A DNA stretch of 64,000 bases, taken from the NCBI GenBank assembly GCA_030650425.1, contig JAUSED010000009.1, forward strand, positions 223,002-287,001. Direction: 5' to 3'. How positions within the stretch are numbered: position 1 is the first letter of the stretch; each line of letters opens with the position of its first letter. The stretch comes from Candidatus Omnitrophota bacterium. Lineage in GTDB: Bacteria > Omnitrophota > Gorgyraeia > Gygaellales > Profunditerraquicolaceae. The position numbers and the translations under genes were made by a program. Shown here piece after piece: positions 52,480-61,583 of this stretch. The notes beneath the pieces were generated by a model. The model was not told the DNA's origin, ran no database searches, and saw only the letters and a list, made by a program, of their open reading frames with translations.

Positions 52480-52941
52480 CTATTTTGTTTTCTGTGTCAG
52501 GTATCCGCTTAATAAAGCCTGAGTTTTTTTGTTCGCCTTACCATTGGCTGTTAAATTATGCGCCTTTTGAAAAGCTCTAAGCGCGTCACGGGTCTGCTTA
52601 CCCATATGGCCGTCAATCTTTCCCGGATCAAAGCCCGCATTCCTTAAAGCGAGTTGAACCTCTTTATTGCTTAAATGATGCGGCCTTACTTCACTACCGG
52701 CCTTTTCCTTAACCTCCGTTACCGGTTCAACTTTTGGTTGTTCGTTCGCCTTATTTAAAGCATCCTGTAAACCACTAATCTCCTGATCTTTACTTTGAAT
52801 TTGCGATTCCAAAACCGAAATCTGATTCTTCAACCCTTGAACCTCCATATCTTTCTGTTTAACAGCGCCGCTTGTCGCGCATCCGGCCAGCGCTGCCGCG
52901 AATACAACTAAAAACAAGAAAACGAACACTTTCTTAAACAT
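52480..52941 (-). CDS. lipoprotein with coiled-coil segment and C-terminal peptidoglycan-binding (PG_binding_1-like) domain
   Basis: Signal peptide plus lipobox LAGC; Q/E-rich coiled coil; ...[38 protein letters not shown]... Confidence 0.6.
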   Translation of the reverse strand: MFKKVFVFLFLVVFAAALAGCATSGAVKQKDMEVQGLKNQISVLESQIQSKDQEISGLQDALNKANEQPKVEPVTEVKEKAGSEVRPHHLSNKEVQLALRNAGFDPGKIDGHMGKQTRDALRAFQKAHNLTANGKANKKTQALLSGYLTQKTK

Positions 52942-52955
52942 ACCCTCCTCCTTGG

Positions 52956-53675
52956 TTAAGATACTTTTAAGGCCTGAGACAGAGTAAACCTCCCCTCATA
53001 CAAAGCCTTTCCCACAATGACCCCCTTTAAACCTTCTTTTTCTAACACCTTTAGTTTATATAAATCCTCTAAACTAGACACACCACCTGAGGCAATAATC
53101 TTTACCCCTGTTGTTTTTAAGAGTTTCTTTGTCCCTTGTATATTCGGCCCGGTCAGGGTACCATCTTTTAATGTATCGGTATAAATTATCTCGGAAAAAC
53201 CCAGTTCCTTTAAATAAAGGATGAATTCGCCTGCATCGGTATTTTTATAACCCGCCTTCCAACCACGCACCATAATCCTGCCGTTTTTGGCATCAACACC
53301 CACGATAATCCTATTTTTAAATTTCTTAAAAGCCTTGGCTAAGAATTTTTTATCTTCAACGGCTTTAGTTCCGAGAACGACCCGTTCTACTCCTGCCTCG
53401 AGCACATCCTCAATGGTCTCAATTTTTCTTACGCCTCCGCCAAATTCTACCGGTATTTTAACCTGCTTAACAATATCCTTGACTACGCCTAAATTTTTAG
53501 GTATACCGGTAAAAGCTCCATCCAAATCCACGATATGCAGGAATTTTGCCCCTTGGGTCACCCAATGTCTGGCAACTTTAAGCGGATCCTTGGAATAAAC
53601 CTTTTTATGGGATCTTCCCTGCACGAATCTCACTACGCAGCCGTCCTGTAAATCTATAGCCGGAATAATCAGCAT
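52956..53675 (-). CDS. hisA: 1-(5-phosphoribosyl)-5-[(5-phosphoribosylamino)methylideneamino]imidazole-4-carboxamide isomerase HisA
   Basis: MLIIPAIDLQDGCVVR... (beta/alpha)8 HisA. Confidence 0.9.
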   Translation of the reverse strand: MLIIPAIDLQDGCVVRFVQGRSHKKVYSKDPLKVARHWVTQGAKFLHIVDLDGAFTGIPKNLGVVKDIVKQVKIPVEFGGGVRKIETIEDVLEAGVERVVLGTKAVEDKKFLAKAFKKFKNRIIVGVDAKNGRIMVRGWKAGYKNTDAGEFILYLKELGFSEIIYTDTLKDGTLTGPNIQGTKKLLKTTGVKIIASGGVSSLEDLYKLKVLEKEGLKGVIVGKALYEGRFTLSQALKVS

Positions 53676-54298
53676 AAATTAACAAAATTCTCTAACATTT
53701 TCAAGCCCACGCCCTGGCTTTTTTCAGGGTGAAATTGCACGCCATACAGATTATCCTGCCAGACCACTGAAGCAAAATCAATCCCGTACTCGGTGGTCGC
53801 TGCAACTACATTTTTATTTTCCGGCTCAGGATAATAAGAGTGGCAAAAATAGACAAAAGCGTTATCCGCCATTCCCTTTAATAGAGAACACCTTTCGGTC
53901 TTCAGTCTTCTGTCCTCTGTTCTCTGCTTTATCTGGTTCCATCCCATATGCGGAACCTTTAAGTTGAGATCAGAGAATCTTTTGACATCACCCTTGATTA
54001 TCCCTAATCCCTTACAATTCTTTGCTTCTTCGCTCTTTTCAAATAAAAGCTGCATACCAAGGCAAATTCCTAAGAATGGTTTTTTATTCTTCACTTCCTC
54101 TCTAATCAAGCTAACCAATCCCTGCTTCTCTAATTCCCGCATCGCGTCGCCAAAGGCGCCTACCCCGGGCAAAACTATTTTTTGGCAAGCGGAAATTTCT
54201 TGAGGATTGCTGCTAACTTTAGTTTTAGCGCCGTATAATTCCAGCGCCTTTTTCACGCTATGGATATTACCCATACCATAGTCAATGATCGCGATCAT
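53669..54298 (-). CDS. hisH: imidazole glycerol phosphate synthase glutaminase subunit HisH
   Basis: Class I GATase: ...LGICLGMQLL..., ...HMGWN..., ...FHPEKS...; contains a heptamer repeat insertion (53898-53925). Confidence 0.9.
   Translation of the reverse strand: MIAIIDYGMGNIHSVKKALELYGAKTKVSSNPQEISACQKIVLPGVGAFGDAMRELEKQGLVSLIREEVKNKKPFLGICLGMQLLFEKSEEAKNCKGLGIIKGDVKRFSDLNLKVPHMGWNQIKQRTEDRRLKTERCSLLKGMADNAFVYFCHSYYPEPENKNVVAATTEYGIDFASVVWQDNLYGVQFHPEKSQGVGLKMLENFVNLC
53898..53925. repeat. 4 degenerate tandem heptamers (gtcttca gtcttct gtcctct gttctct) inside hisH, in frame
   Basis: Encodes ...QRTEDRRLKTE... on the minus strand. Confidence 0.55.
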
Positions 54299-54901
54299 TT
54301 AGTCTATCACACCCTTAGTAGAAGGAATTCCCTTTCTGCGAGGGTCGATTTGAGTAGCTATATCCAAGGCTTTACCGAAAGCTTTAAATACAGGTTCTAA
54401 AGTAGCATGTAAATCTGGATTAGGATTATCGATTTTTATATTTAAATTCATCCCTAACTGCTTGGCAAAAGCTTCGAAAAAATGCTCCGCGTATTTTAAA
54501 TCATAAACATCAGGATTATTCATAGCAGGAAGCGTCTGGCCAAAAGTCAATTTAAACGACCCTCTGCCGCTGATATCAACGGCAACATGCGCAGTCACAT
54601 CTTCCATAGGGACAGACATAGAACCGAGACGGTTAATACCGGCTTTGTCTCCAAGCGCATCCTTAAAAACCTGCCCCAATACAATACCTAAGTCCTCATT
54701 AGTATGGTGTATATCTACTTTTAAATCAGCTTCAACAGTAGTGACCTCTAAATCAAAATGTCCCCAGAACGCGAATAATTCCAGCATGTGATCCAAAAAA
54801 CCTATACCTGAATTAATTTTTGACTCTCCGGAACCGTCAATATTCAACTTAACCGTTATATTGGTCTCTTTACTCTTTCGGGTTTTACTCGCCTCTCTCA
54901 T
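54299..54901 (-). CDS. hisB: imidazoleglycerol-phosphate dehydratase HisB
   Basis: ...GIGFLDHMLELFAFWGHFDL..., ...HHTNEDLGIVLGQ... Confidence 0.9.
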   Translation of the reverse strand: MREASKTRKSKETNITVKLNIDGSGESKINSGIGFLDHMLELFAFWGHFDLEVTTVEADLKVDIHHTNEDLGIVLGQVFKDALGDKAGINRLGSMSVPMEDVTAHVAVDISGRGSFKLTFGQTLPAMNNPDVYDLKYAEHFFEAFAKQLGMNLNIKIDNPNPDLHATLEPVFKAFGKALDIATQIDPRRKGIPSTKGVID

Positions 54902-54910
54902 CTTTCTCCT

Positions 54911-56137
54911 TTATTCAAATCTCGCCTTTACCGAATCCAAATGCTTATTCAGGCCTTCGATGCCGGCTATTTTCTCCAAAGGTTCGCGCATCTTCTCCAA
55001 GGCTTTCTTGGAATAACTGATGATGTGATTACTCTTCATAAAATCGCTGACCGATAACCCTGAGAAAAATCTGGCGCTCCCTCCTGTAGGTAAGACATGG
55101 CTTGGCCCGGCAACATAATCTCCCACCGCAGTAGGGCTATATGGGCCTAAGAATATTGCTCCGGCATTTTTGATCCCTTTAAGCAAGCGGCGCGGATTTT
55201 GTACTAAAATCTCAAGGTGCTCAGGCGCGATTTTATTGCTGACATCCACTGCCTGCTCTAAATTTTTAGTTAGAATAATAAAACCATCTTGGCCATCAGC
55301 TTGAGATTTTACCTGTTGGGCCAACGCCTTGGAATTAGTAATCAGTATAGCCAAGCCTTTAGCATGTTCTCTCTGGGCAGCCAAATCCGCCAGAATAAAT
55401 TTCGGGTCGCTAAAACGGTTGGCGATAATCACCAGCTCTGTAGGCCCGGCAATCATATCAATATCTACCTGGCCAAAAACCTGCCTCTTGGCTTCGCTCA
55501 CATAAATATTCCCCGGCCCGACAATTTTATCCACGGCAGGAATGGTCTTGGTGCCGTAAGCTAGGGCGGCAATACCTTGAGCGCCTCCCACACGATAAAT
55601 TTCATTTACTTTCAATAAATCCGCCATGACTAATATGTGCGGATTGATCAAGCCATTTTTATTGGGCGGGCTGATCAAAGCTATCTCTTTAACTCCGGCC
55701 ATCTTTGCCGGAAGAACAGTCATATAGACCGTGGAGACAAGCGGCGCGGTGCCCGCGGGGATATATACGCCTACGCGTCCCAAGGGAGTATAGTTTTCTC
55801 CCAAGACCACCCCATCATTATCCTTAATCCTCCAAGACTTCTTGATCGTCTTACGGTAAAAACGATTGACATTTTCGATGACCGTCTTAAGGCTGGCAAC
55901 AAAATTAGGGCTGATATTCTGGTAGGCGCCGCTGATTTCGATTTCCGCGACCTTCAACTGCCGCGGCATCAATTTAACCGCGTCAAACTTCTTGGTATAT
56001 TTTATCAAGGCGTCATCGCCAAAGACACGCACATCTTCGATAATCTTTTTCACCTTTTCTTCAACCCGCGGCTTCCTGAATGCGCCGCGATTATAAATCT
56101 TTACCAATTGTTTGCTGCCAAAACGAATTATCTTCAT
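54911..56137 (-). CDS. hisD: histidinol dehydrogenase HisD
   Basis: HisD family ...GPGNIYVSEAKRQVFGQVDIDMIAGPTE... Confidence 0.9.
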   Translation of the reverse strand: MKIIRFGSKQLVKIYNRGAFRKPRVEEKVKKIIEDVRVFGDDALIKYTKKFDAVKLMPRQLKVAEIEISGAYQNISPNFVASLKTVIENVNRFYRKTIKKSWRIKDNDGVVLGENYTPLGRVGVYIPAGTAPLVSTVYMTVLPAKMAGVKEIALISPPNKNGLINPHILVMADLLKVNEIYRVGGAQGIAALAYGTKTIPAVDKIVGPGNIYVSEAKRQVFGQVDIDMIAGPTELVIIANRFSDPKFILADLAAQREHAKGLAILITNSKALAQQVKSQADGQDGFIILTKNLEQAVDVSNKIAPEHLEILVQNPRRLLKGIKNAGAIFLGPYSPTAVGDYVAGPSHVLPTGGSARFFSGLSVSDFMKSNHIISYSKKALEKMREPLEKIAGIEGLNKHLDSVKARFE

Positions 56138-58764
56138 ATACTGATTACCTTTCTTAATTCATCAAAGGCTTGCGCTAAATTTTCCGGCTTGCTTCCTCCT
56201 GCCTGCGCAAAATCAGCCCGTCCGCCTCCTGAACCGCCGATAATCGGTGCTATCTGACGGATTAATTTACCGGCATCTATTCCCTTATTGCATAAATCCT
56301 CGGTTACTCCCATCACCAATAATACCTTTCCCTCCTTAACCGAAGCCAAAGCAATAATCGCGTTACTAGTCTTGGCTTTAACCAAATCCACATTCTTTCT
56401 CAATAAATCTATATCTAAATTATCTACGGTTTTAGCAATAACCTTTGTATCCTTAATCATTTCCCCCGAAGCGATTAAATCATCCGTCAGATTTTTCATT
56501 GTTTCCAATCTTCGCGAATTTAAAACCTTCTCTAATTCTTTTACCTGTTTAATCTTTTTTTCTATCTCCTGAGACAATGATTCTAAAGGAGCGCTTAACA
56601 ATCCCGAGATTTCGGAAAGGATTTCTTTTTCCTGCTTGATTATCTTATAAGCGAAGGTTCCTGTGGTTGCCTCTATCCTTCTTATACCGCTAGCAACTGA
56701 CCCCTCTTGCAATATTTTTAATAAACCAACCTGGCCGGTTGCCTCAAGATGCGTCCCCGCGCAAAATTCTTTGGAGATATCGCTGATTGAAATCACGCGC
56801 ACCTTTTCTCCGTATTTATCCCCAAAAAATGCTAAAGCCTTGGTTTTCCTGGCTTCTTTTAAAGTCATTTGCTTTGCGCTCACCGCGTAATTATTGATGA
56901 TAAAATTATTCGCTACTTCCTCTACCCGGCCTAACTCTTCCTTACTTAAAGCCTTAAAATGTGTAAAATCAAAGCGGAATTTATCTTCACTAACCAGTGA
57001 TCCCTGCTGCTGAACATGCCTCCCCAAAACTTTTCTTAAAGCTGCCTGCAAAATATGCGTACCGGTATGATTCCGGGCAATCGACATTCTCCGTTCAAGA
57101 TTAACTTCTGCTTTAACTAAATCTGTTTTTTTAAAATTTCCGGCTTTTACTCTGCCGATATGCGCAATCACTTTATCGATCTTCCGCGTATCTAAAACTT
57201 CAAAAATATTCTTGCCCTTGATAATTACTCCGACATCTCCCACCTGCCCGCCACCCTCAGCATAAAAGGGGGTTTGATCCAAGATGATTTGAATCGCATC
57301 ACCCTGCGCAGCCTTCTTAACCTCACTATTATCTTTTAAGATCGCAAGGATCTTGGCTTTGGCGGAATAATCTTTGTAACCAACAAATTTGGTCTCTTTT
57401 AGCTTTAATTCCAAACCTTTTGTATTAAAAACATCACCCTTCATAGAACTCTGAAGTTTGGAACGCGTTTTCTGCGCTAACATTTCCTTATTAAAAACAT
57501 CAATAGAGATTTTGATTCCGGATTTCGAAGCCCAATCCTGAGTTAACTCAAAAGGAATACCATATGTGTCATAAAGCTCAAAAGCAGTTTTACCTAATTC
57601 TACCTGTACGGATTCAGCTTTACCCGCTGAATGATTATACGAAGCAAATACCGTCTTAATGATTTTAGGGGCATCATTTAATGTAGAAATAAATTTCTTT
57701 TCTTCAGACAAAATAATTTGCGCAATATTCTCCTGTTTTTCAATAAGCTCGGGGTAAGGAACCCGCATAACCTGCGCGACTAAAGGGACTAATTTATTCA
57801 ATAACGGTTCTTTAATCCCCAAGGAGCACAGATGTAAGACACTTTTACGGATGATTTTCCTGACTACATAGCCCCGCGATTCATTCGAAGGCAATACCCC
57901 GTCATAGATACAAAAGATTACCGCCCGGAGATGATCCGCGATCGCGTAAACAAACTCATTTTCTGAGGTTGATTTAACGGTGATATGCTTTTTAATTTCT
58001 CTTACGATCGGTTCAAAAAGATCGGTTTCAAAATTACTCTGTTTACCCTCCATTACCGAAGCTAATCTCTCTAAACCCATTCCCGTATCTATATTTTTCT
58101 TGGGAAGAGGCTCTAATGACCCATCGTCTTTACGGTTAAACTGGGTAAAGACCAGATTCCATATTTCAACAAACCTTCCGCAATCACAGGCAGGAGTGCA
58201 ATCTGCTTTTTGACATCCGATATTGCTTCCGAAATCATAGAATATCTCGGAGCATGGCCCGCAAGGCCCATTCGGGCCTTTGGTTTTTGCTTCAGCCGGC
58301 CAGAAATTATCTTTATCGCCAAGCTTAATGATTCTCTTAACCGGTATACCTATCTTCTCTTTCCAAATCTGGTAAGCCTCAGCATCATCCTTATAAACCG
58401 AAACCCAAAGTCTATCCTCACTGATTTTTAGTTCTTTAATTAAGAATTCCCAAGCCCAGCTAATCGCCTCATCCTTGAAATAATCGCCAAAGGAAAAATT
58501 ACCGAGCATCTCAAAAAACGTATGATGGCTGCTGGTTTTACCGACCTTCTCCAAATCATCGGTACGCAGGCATCGTTGCGACGTGGCCGCCCGCTTGAAA
58601 CCTGCATCAAATCCTAGAAACTCTTTTTTAAACTGATTCATTCCCGCGGGCGTAAAGAGGACAGTAAGGTCATCCTGAGGCACCAGTGAATCGCTAGTTA
58701 CGATTTTATGTTTTTTGGATTTGAAGAACCCGAGGAATTTTTCTCTTAAGGAATCTACCTGCAT
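56134..58764 (-). CDS. alaS: alanine--tRNA ligase (start at the internal Met; 27 upstream codons in the ORF track are probably not translated)
   Basis: [22 protein letters not shown]... class II motifs; editing domain HTGTH...CAGTH; C-terminal DHHA1-like. Confidence 0.9.
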   Translation of the reverse strand: MQVDSLREKFLGFFKSKKHKIVTSDSLVPQDDLTVLFTPAGMNQFKKEFLGFDAGFKRAATSQRCLRTDDLEKVGKTSSHHTFFEMLGNFSFGDYFKDEAISWAWEFLIKELKISEDRLWVSVYKDDAEAYQIWKEKIGIPVKRIIKLGDKDNFWPAEAKTKGPNGPCGPCSEIFYDFGSNIGCQKADCTPACDCGRFVEIWNLVFTQFNRKDDGSLEPLPKKNIDTGMGLERLASVMEGKQSNFETDLFEPIVREIKKHITVKSTSENEFVYAIADHLRAVIFCIYDGVLPSNESRGYVVRKIIRKSVLHLCSLGIKEPLLNKLVPLVAQVMRVPYPELIEKQENIAQIILSEEKKFISTLNDAPKIIKTVFASYNHSAGKAESVQVELGKTAFELYDTYGIPFELTQDWASKSGIKISIDVFNKEMLAQKTRSKLQSSMKGDVFNTKGLELKLKETKFVGYKDYSAKAKILAILKDNSEVKKAAQGDAIQIILDQTPFYAEGGGQVGDVGVIIKGKNIFEVLDTRKIDKVIAHIGRVKAGNFKKTDLVKAEVNLERRMSIARNHTGTHILQAALRKVLGRHVQQQGSLVSEDKFRFDFTHFKALSKEELGRVEEVANNFIINNYAVSAKQMTLKEARKTKALAFFGDKYGEKVRVISISDISKEFCAGTHLEATGQVGLLKILQEGSVASGIRRIEATTGTFAYKIIKQEKEILSEISGLLSAPLESLSQEIEKKIKQVKELEKVLNSRRLETMKNLTDDLIASGEMIKDTKVIAKTVDNLDIDLLRKNVDLVKAKTSNAIIALASVKEGKVLLVMGVTEDLCNKGIDAGKLIRQIAPIIGGSGGGRADFAQAGGSKPENLAQAFDELRKVISI

Positions 58765-59222
58765 AGTTGATTTAATACATCCGTCACAATTTCTGGAGAG
58801 AATCCGCGGCGCAGAAGAAACGCGTAAAGGCGCCTTTTGGCGCAATCCGGCTCAACGCCCTTTAATCTATTTAATCTCTCTTTAGCTAAACCTAAAACCG
58901 TCTGGCTTTCAGAATAATCTTTTAGCTTAGCGGCCTCTTGCTCGATTATTTTTTTATCTACGCCTTTTTGCCCCAACTCCTGCTTGATTCTTCTTAACCC
59001 TAAAGGCCTTTTTAAGCGCGAGTCGAGCCAAGCCTTGGCAAAAACATGATCGTCAATAAATTTCTTCTCTTTCAAGAAAGAGATTACTTCCTGAATCGTC
59101 TCTTCGGAAATCTTCTTAAGCCTTAGACGCTGGGCCAGCTCATTTTCGCTGCGCAGCCTGAATTTCAACAAAAGAAACGCGTAATTCCGGGCTCTCTCAA
59201 AAACTTCTGTTCGTCTAACCAA
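58755..59222 (-). CDS. recX: recombination regulator RecX
   Basis: 155 aa helical-repeat protein directly downstream of recA; ...[23 protein letters not shown]... Confidence 0.75.
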   Translation of the reverse strand: MVRRTEVFERARNYAFLLLKFRLRSENELAQRLRLKKISEETIQEVISFLKEKKFIDDHVFAKAWLDSRLKRPLGLRRIKQELGQKGVDKKIIEQEAAKLKDYSESQTVLGLAKERLNRLKGVEPDCAKRRLYAFLLRRGFSPEIVTDVLNQLCR

Positions 59223-60240
59223 GGCTAAGTTTTTTTCTTACTTCTTTTTCAATATCTTCTTGTAACTTTGGATTCTCTTTTAAGAATTTTATCGCCGCGT
59301 CTCTACCCTGGCCCAACTTCTTCTCCGCAAATGAAAGCCATGTCCCTGACTTAGCGACTACCTCAAGGTTAACTGCCGCGTCAATAACTGCTCCGCTCTT
59401 GGCAATACCCTCATTATGAAGGATATCAAACTCAGCCTCATGAAAAGGAGGGGCAATTTTATTTTTAACTACCCTTACCCTGACATGATTACCAATAACT
59501 TTATCCCCTTCTTTCAAGTAAGCAATTCTACGCACATCTAACCTGACCGATGAATAAAATTTTAGCGCCCGGCCTCCCGGAGTAGTTTCCGGCGAACCGA
59601 ACATCACGCCAATTTTCTCCCGCAGCTGATTAATAAAAATTACAGTAGTGCGCGATTTACTAATCGCGCCGGTCAATTTGCGTAAGGCCTGCGACATCAG
59701 GCGCGCCTGAAGCCCCATATGCGAATCGCCCATCTCGCCTTCAATTTCAGCCCGCGGGGTAAGCGCGGCCACTGAATCAATAACCACTAAATCCACGGCA
59801 TTTGAGCGGACTAAGGTCTCGGCGATCTCTAAAGCCTGTTCTCCGGTATCCGGCTGCGAAATTAATAGATCATCGAGATTTACTCCAATCAACTTGGCAT
59901 AAGTAGAATCAAAGGCGTGCTCAGCGTCAATAAACGCGGCTACCCCGCCTTTTTTCTGGTTCTCTCTTATCGCGGTTAGCGTCAGGGTAGTTTTTCCGGA
60001 TGCCTCTGGCCCGAAAATCTCAACTACTCTTCCCCGGGGAAGCCCTCCAATGCCTAAAGCCACATCCAAAGTAAGCGCGCCGGTAGAGATAGTCTCCACA
60101 TTCGCCTTGGTGTGGCTGCCAAGTTTCATAATCGAACCTTTACCGAATTGCTTCTCAATTTGAGCTAAGGCCAGCTCTAGCGCCTTACTTCGGTCAGAAA
60201 TGTTATGCGCTGTCTCTTCTTTTTTCTCTTTGGTAATCAT
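59215..60240 (-). CDS. recA: recombinase RecA
   Basis: Walker [11 protein letters not shown], ...[19 protein letters not shown]..., L2 loop. Confidence 0.95.
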   Translation of the reverse strand: MITKEKKEETAHNISDRSKALELALAQIEKQFGKGSIMKLGSHTKANVETISTGALTLDVALGIGGLPRGRVVEIFGPEASGKTTLTLTAIRENQKKGGVAAFIDAEHAFDSTYAKLIGVNLDDLLISQPDTGEQALEIAETLVRSNAVDLVVIDSVAALTPRAEIEGEMGDSHMGLQARLMSQALRKLTGAISKSRTTVIFINQLREKIGVMFGSPETTPGGRALKFYSSVRLDVRRIAYLKEGDKVIGNHVRVRVVKNKIAPPFHEAEFDILHNEGIAKSGAVIDAAVNLEVVAKSGTWLSFAEKKLGQGRDAAIKFLKENPKLQEDIEKEVRKKLSLG

Positions 60241-60392
60241 AACTGCCTCCGATTTTAATGTTTTAGATTAAATATTATATCCCACCCCTTCCCAGCTGTC
60301 AAACAAATAATACCCCCCTCCTTTCTAATCTAATAGACGCGGGAGTACATAAAATCTAACGAAAATAACTGGATTGACAGCCAGCTTAAAAT

Positions 60393-61583
60393 ATGTTACA
60401 TTTAACCCTTATGGAAGAGCTGGCTAAAATAAAACAGGAACTTGAACGCACTAAGACCGAGCTTGGGATTCTCTATGAAATCTCCAATGCTATGCGCACT
60501 ACCTTAAAGCTGGATGAGATCCTTTACATCATCCTTACCGGGGTAACCGCGCATATCGGCTTAGGCTTTAACCGCGCGCTTTTATTCTTAACCAACGAAA
60601 AAGAAGGCCTGATCGAAGGTAAAATGGGCATTGGCCCCGGCTCAGGGGAAGAGGCTAACCGTATCTGGAGCCAGATTGAAGACGAGAGAATGGATTTAGA
60701 TGATCTGATCAGCGTCTATAAATTCTCAAGCAACCAACCTAACAGCCCCAACTCAAGTTTTAATAAACAAGTGCAAAGAATAAAGGTCTCTCTCCACGAC
60801 AAAAATGAGAACCTGCTTACCTTGGTAGCGCAGGAAGGAATGCCTCTGCATCTGACTAAAGAAACCATGGAAAACTACCGGCATTCCCCGATCGTGCAGT
60901 CATTGAAAAGCGAAGAACTGGTTTTGATTCCTTTAAAAGCTAAGGATAAAATCAACGGAATAATCGTCGCGGATAACTTTATAACCCGCGAGCCGATCAG
61001 TAAAGACGACCTGCATATGCTCACTATGCTTGCTAACCAAGCAGGCTTGGCTATCGAAAATTCGCAGCTTTATGAAAAAACCGTGATGCTCGCCCAGATG
61101 GATTCATTGACCGAGCTCTGGAACCACGGATATTTTCAATTTCTCCTACAGACAGAAACAGAAAAAACAAAAGCCGGCAAAACTCCCTTAAGCCTGATTA
61201 TGCTGGATATCGACCACTTCAAAATTTATAATGATACCCTAGGCCATCAGGCAGGAGATAAAATATTATCTGAACTAGCCAGCCTGCTTAAGGACCAGTC
61301 TCGAAAAATGGATTTTGTCTGCCGTTATGGCGGAGAGGAATTCGCGGTAATCTTGCCCCAAACCGACAAACAGGAAGCGTTTTTGATTGCCGAACGCTTA
61401 AGGATGGATATTGAAAAACATGCCTTCACCCAAGAAGATATATTCCCAACTAAGAAACTTACCGTAAGCCTCGGGATATCCTCATTCCCCGAGGATGGAT
61501 TACTCCCGGCGGAACTTATTTCAGCTTCCGATAAAGCCCTCTACCAAGCCAAAAGTAAAGGAAGAAATAATACCTGCTGTTAA
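60393..61583 (+). CDS. GAF domain-containing diguanylate cyclase (GGDEF)
   Basis: RYGGEEF active-site motif (GGEEF variant) and MLDIDHFKIYND; N-terminal GAF-like domain. The true start may be the second ATG at 60411. Confidence 0.85.
   Translation: MLHLTLMEELAKIKQELERTKTELGILYEISNAMRTTLKLDEILYIILTGVTAHIGLGFNRALLFLTNEKEGLIEGKMGIGPGSGEEANRIWSQIEDERMDLDDLISVYKFSSNQPNSPNSSFNKQVQRIKVSLHDKNENLLTLVAQEGMPLHLTKETMENYRHSPIVQSLKSEELVLIPLKAKDKINGIIVADNFITREPISKDDLHMLTMLANQAGLAIENSQLYEKTVMLAQMDSLTELWNHGYFQFLLQTETEKTKAGKTPLSLIMLDIDHFKIYNDTLGHQAGDKILSELASLLKDQSRKMDFVCRYGGEEFAVILPQTDKQEAFLIAERLRMDIEKHAFTQEDIFPTKKLTVSLGISSFPEDGLLPAELISASDKALYQAKSKGRNNTCC

Noticed and set aside
60241-60392. LexA/SOS box upstream of recA
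   Set aside because: No convincing CTGT-N8-ACAG or CGAAC-N4-GTTCG palindrome. Only a partial ctgtcaaacaaataatac is present.
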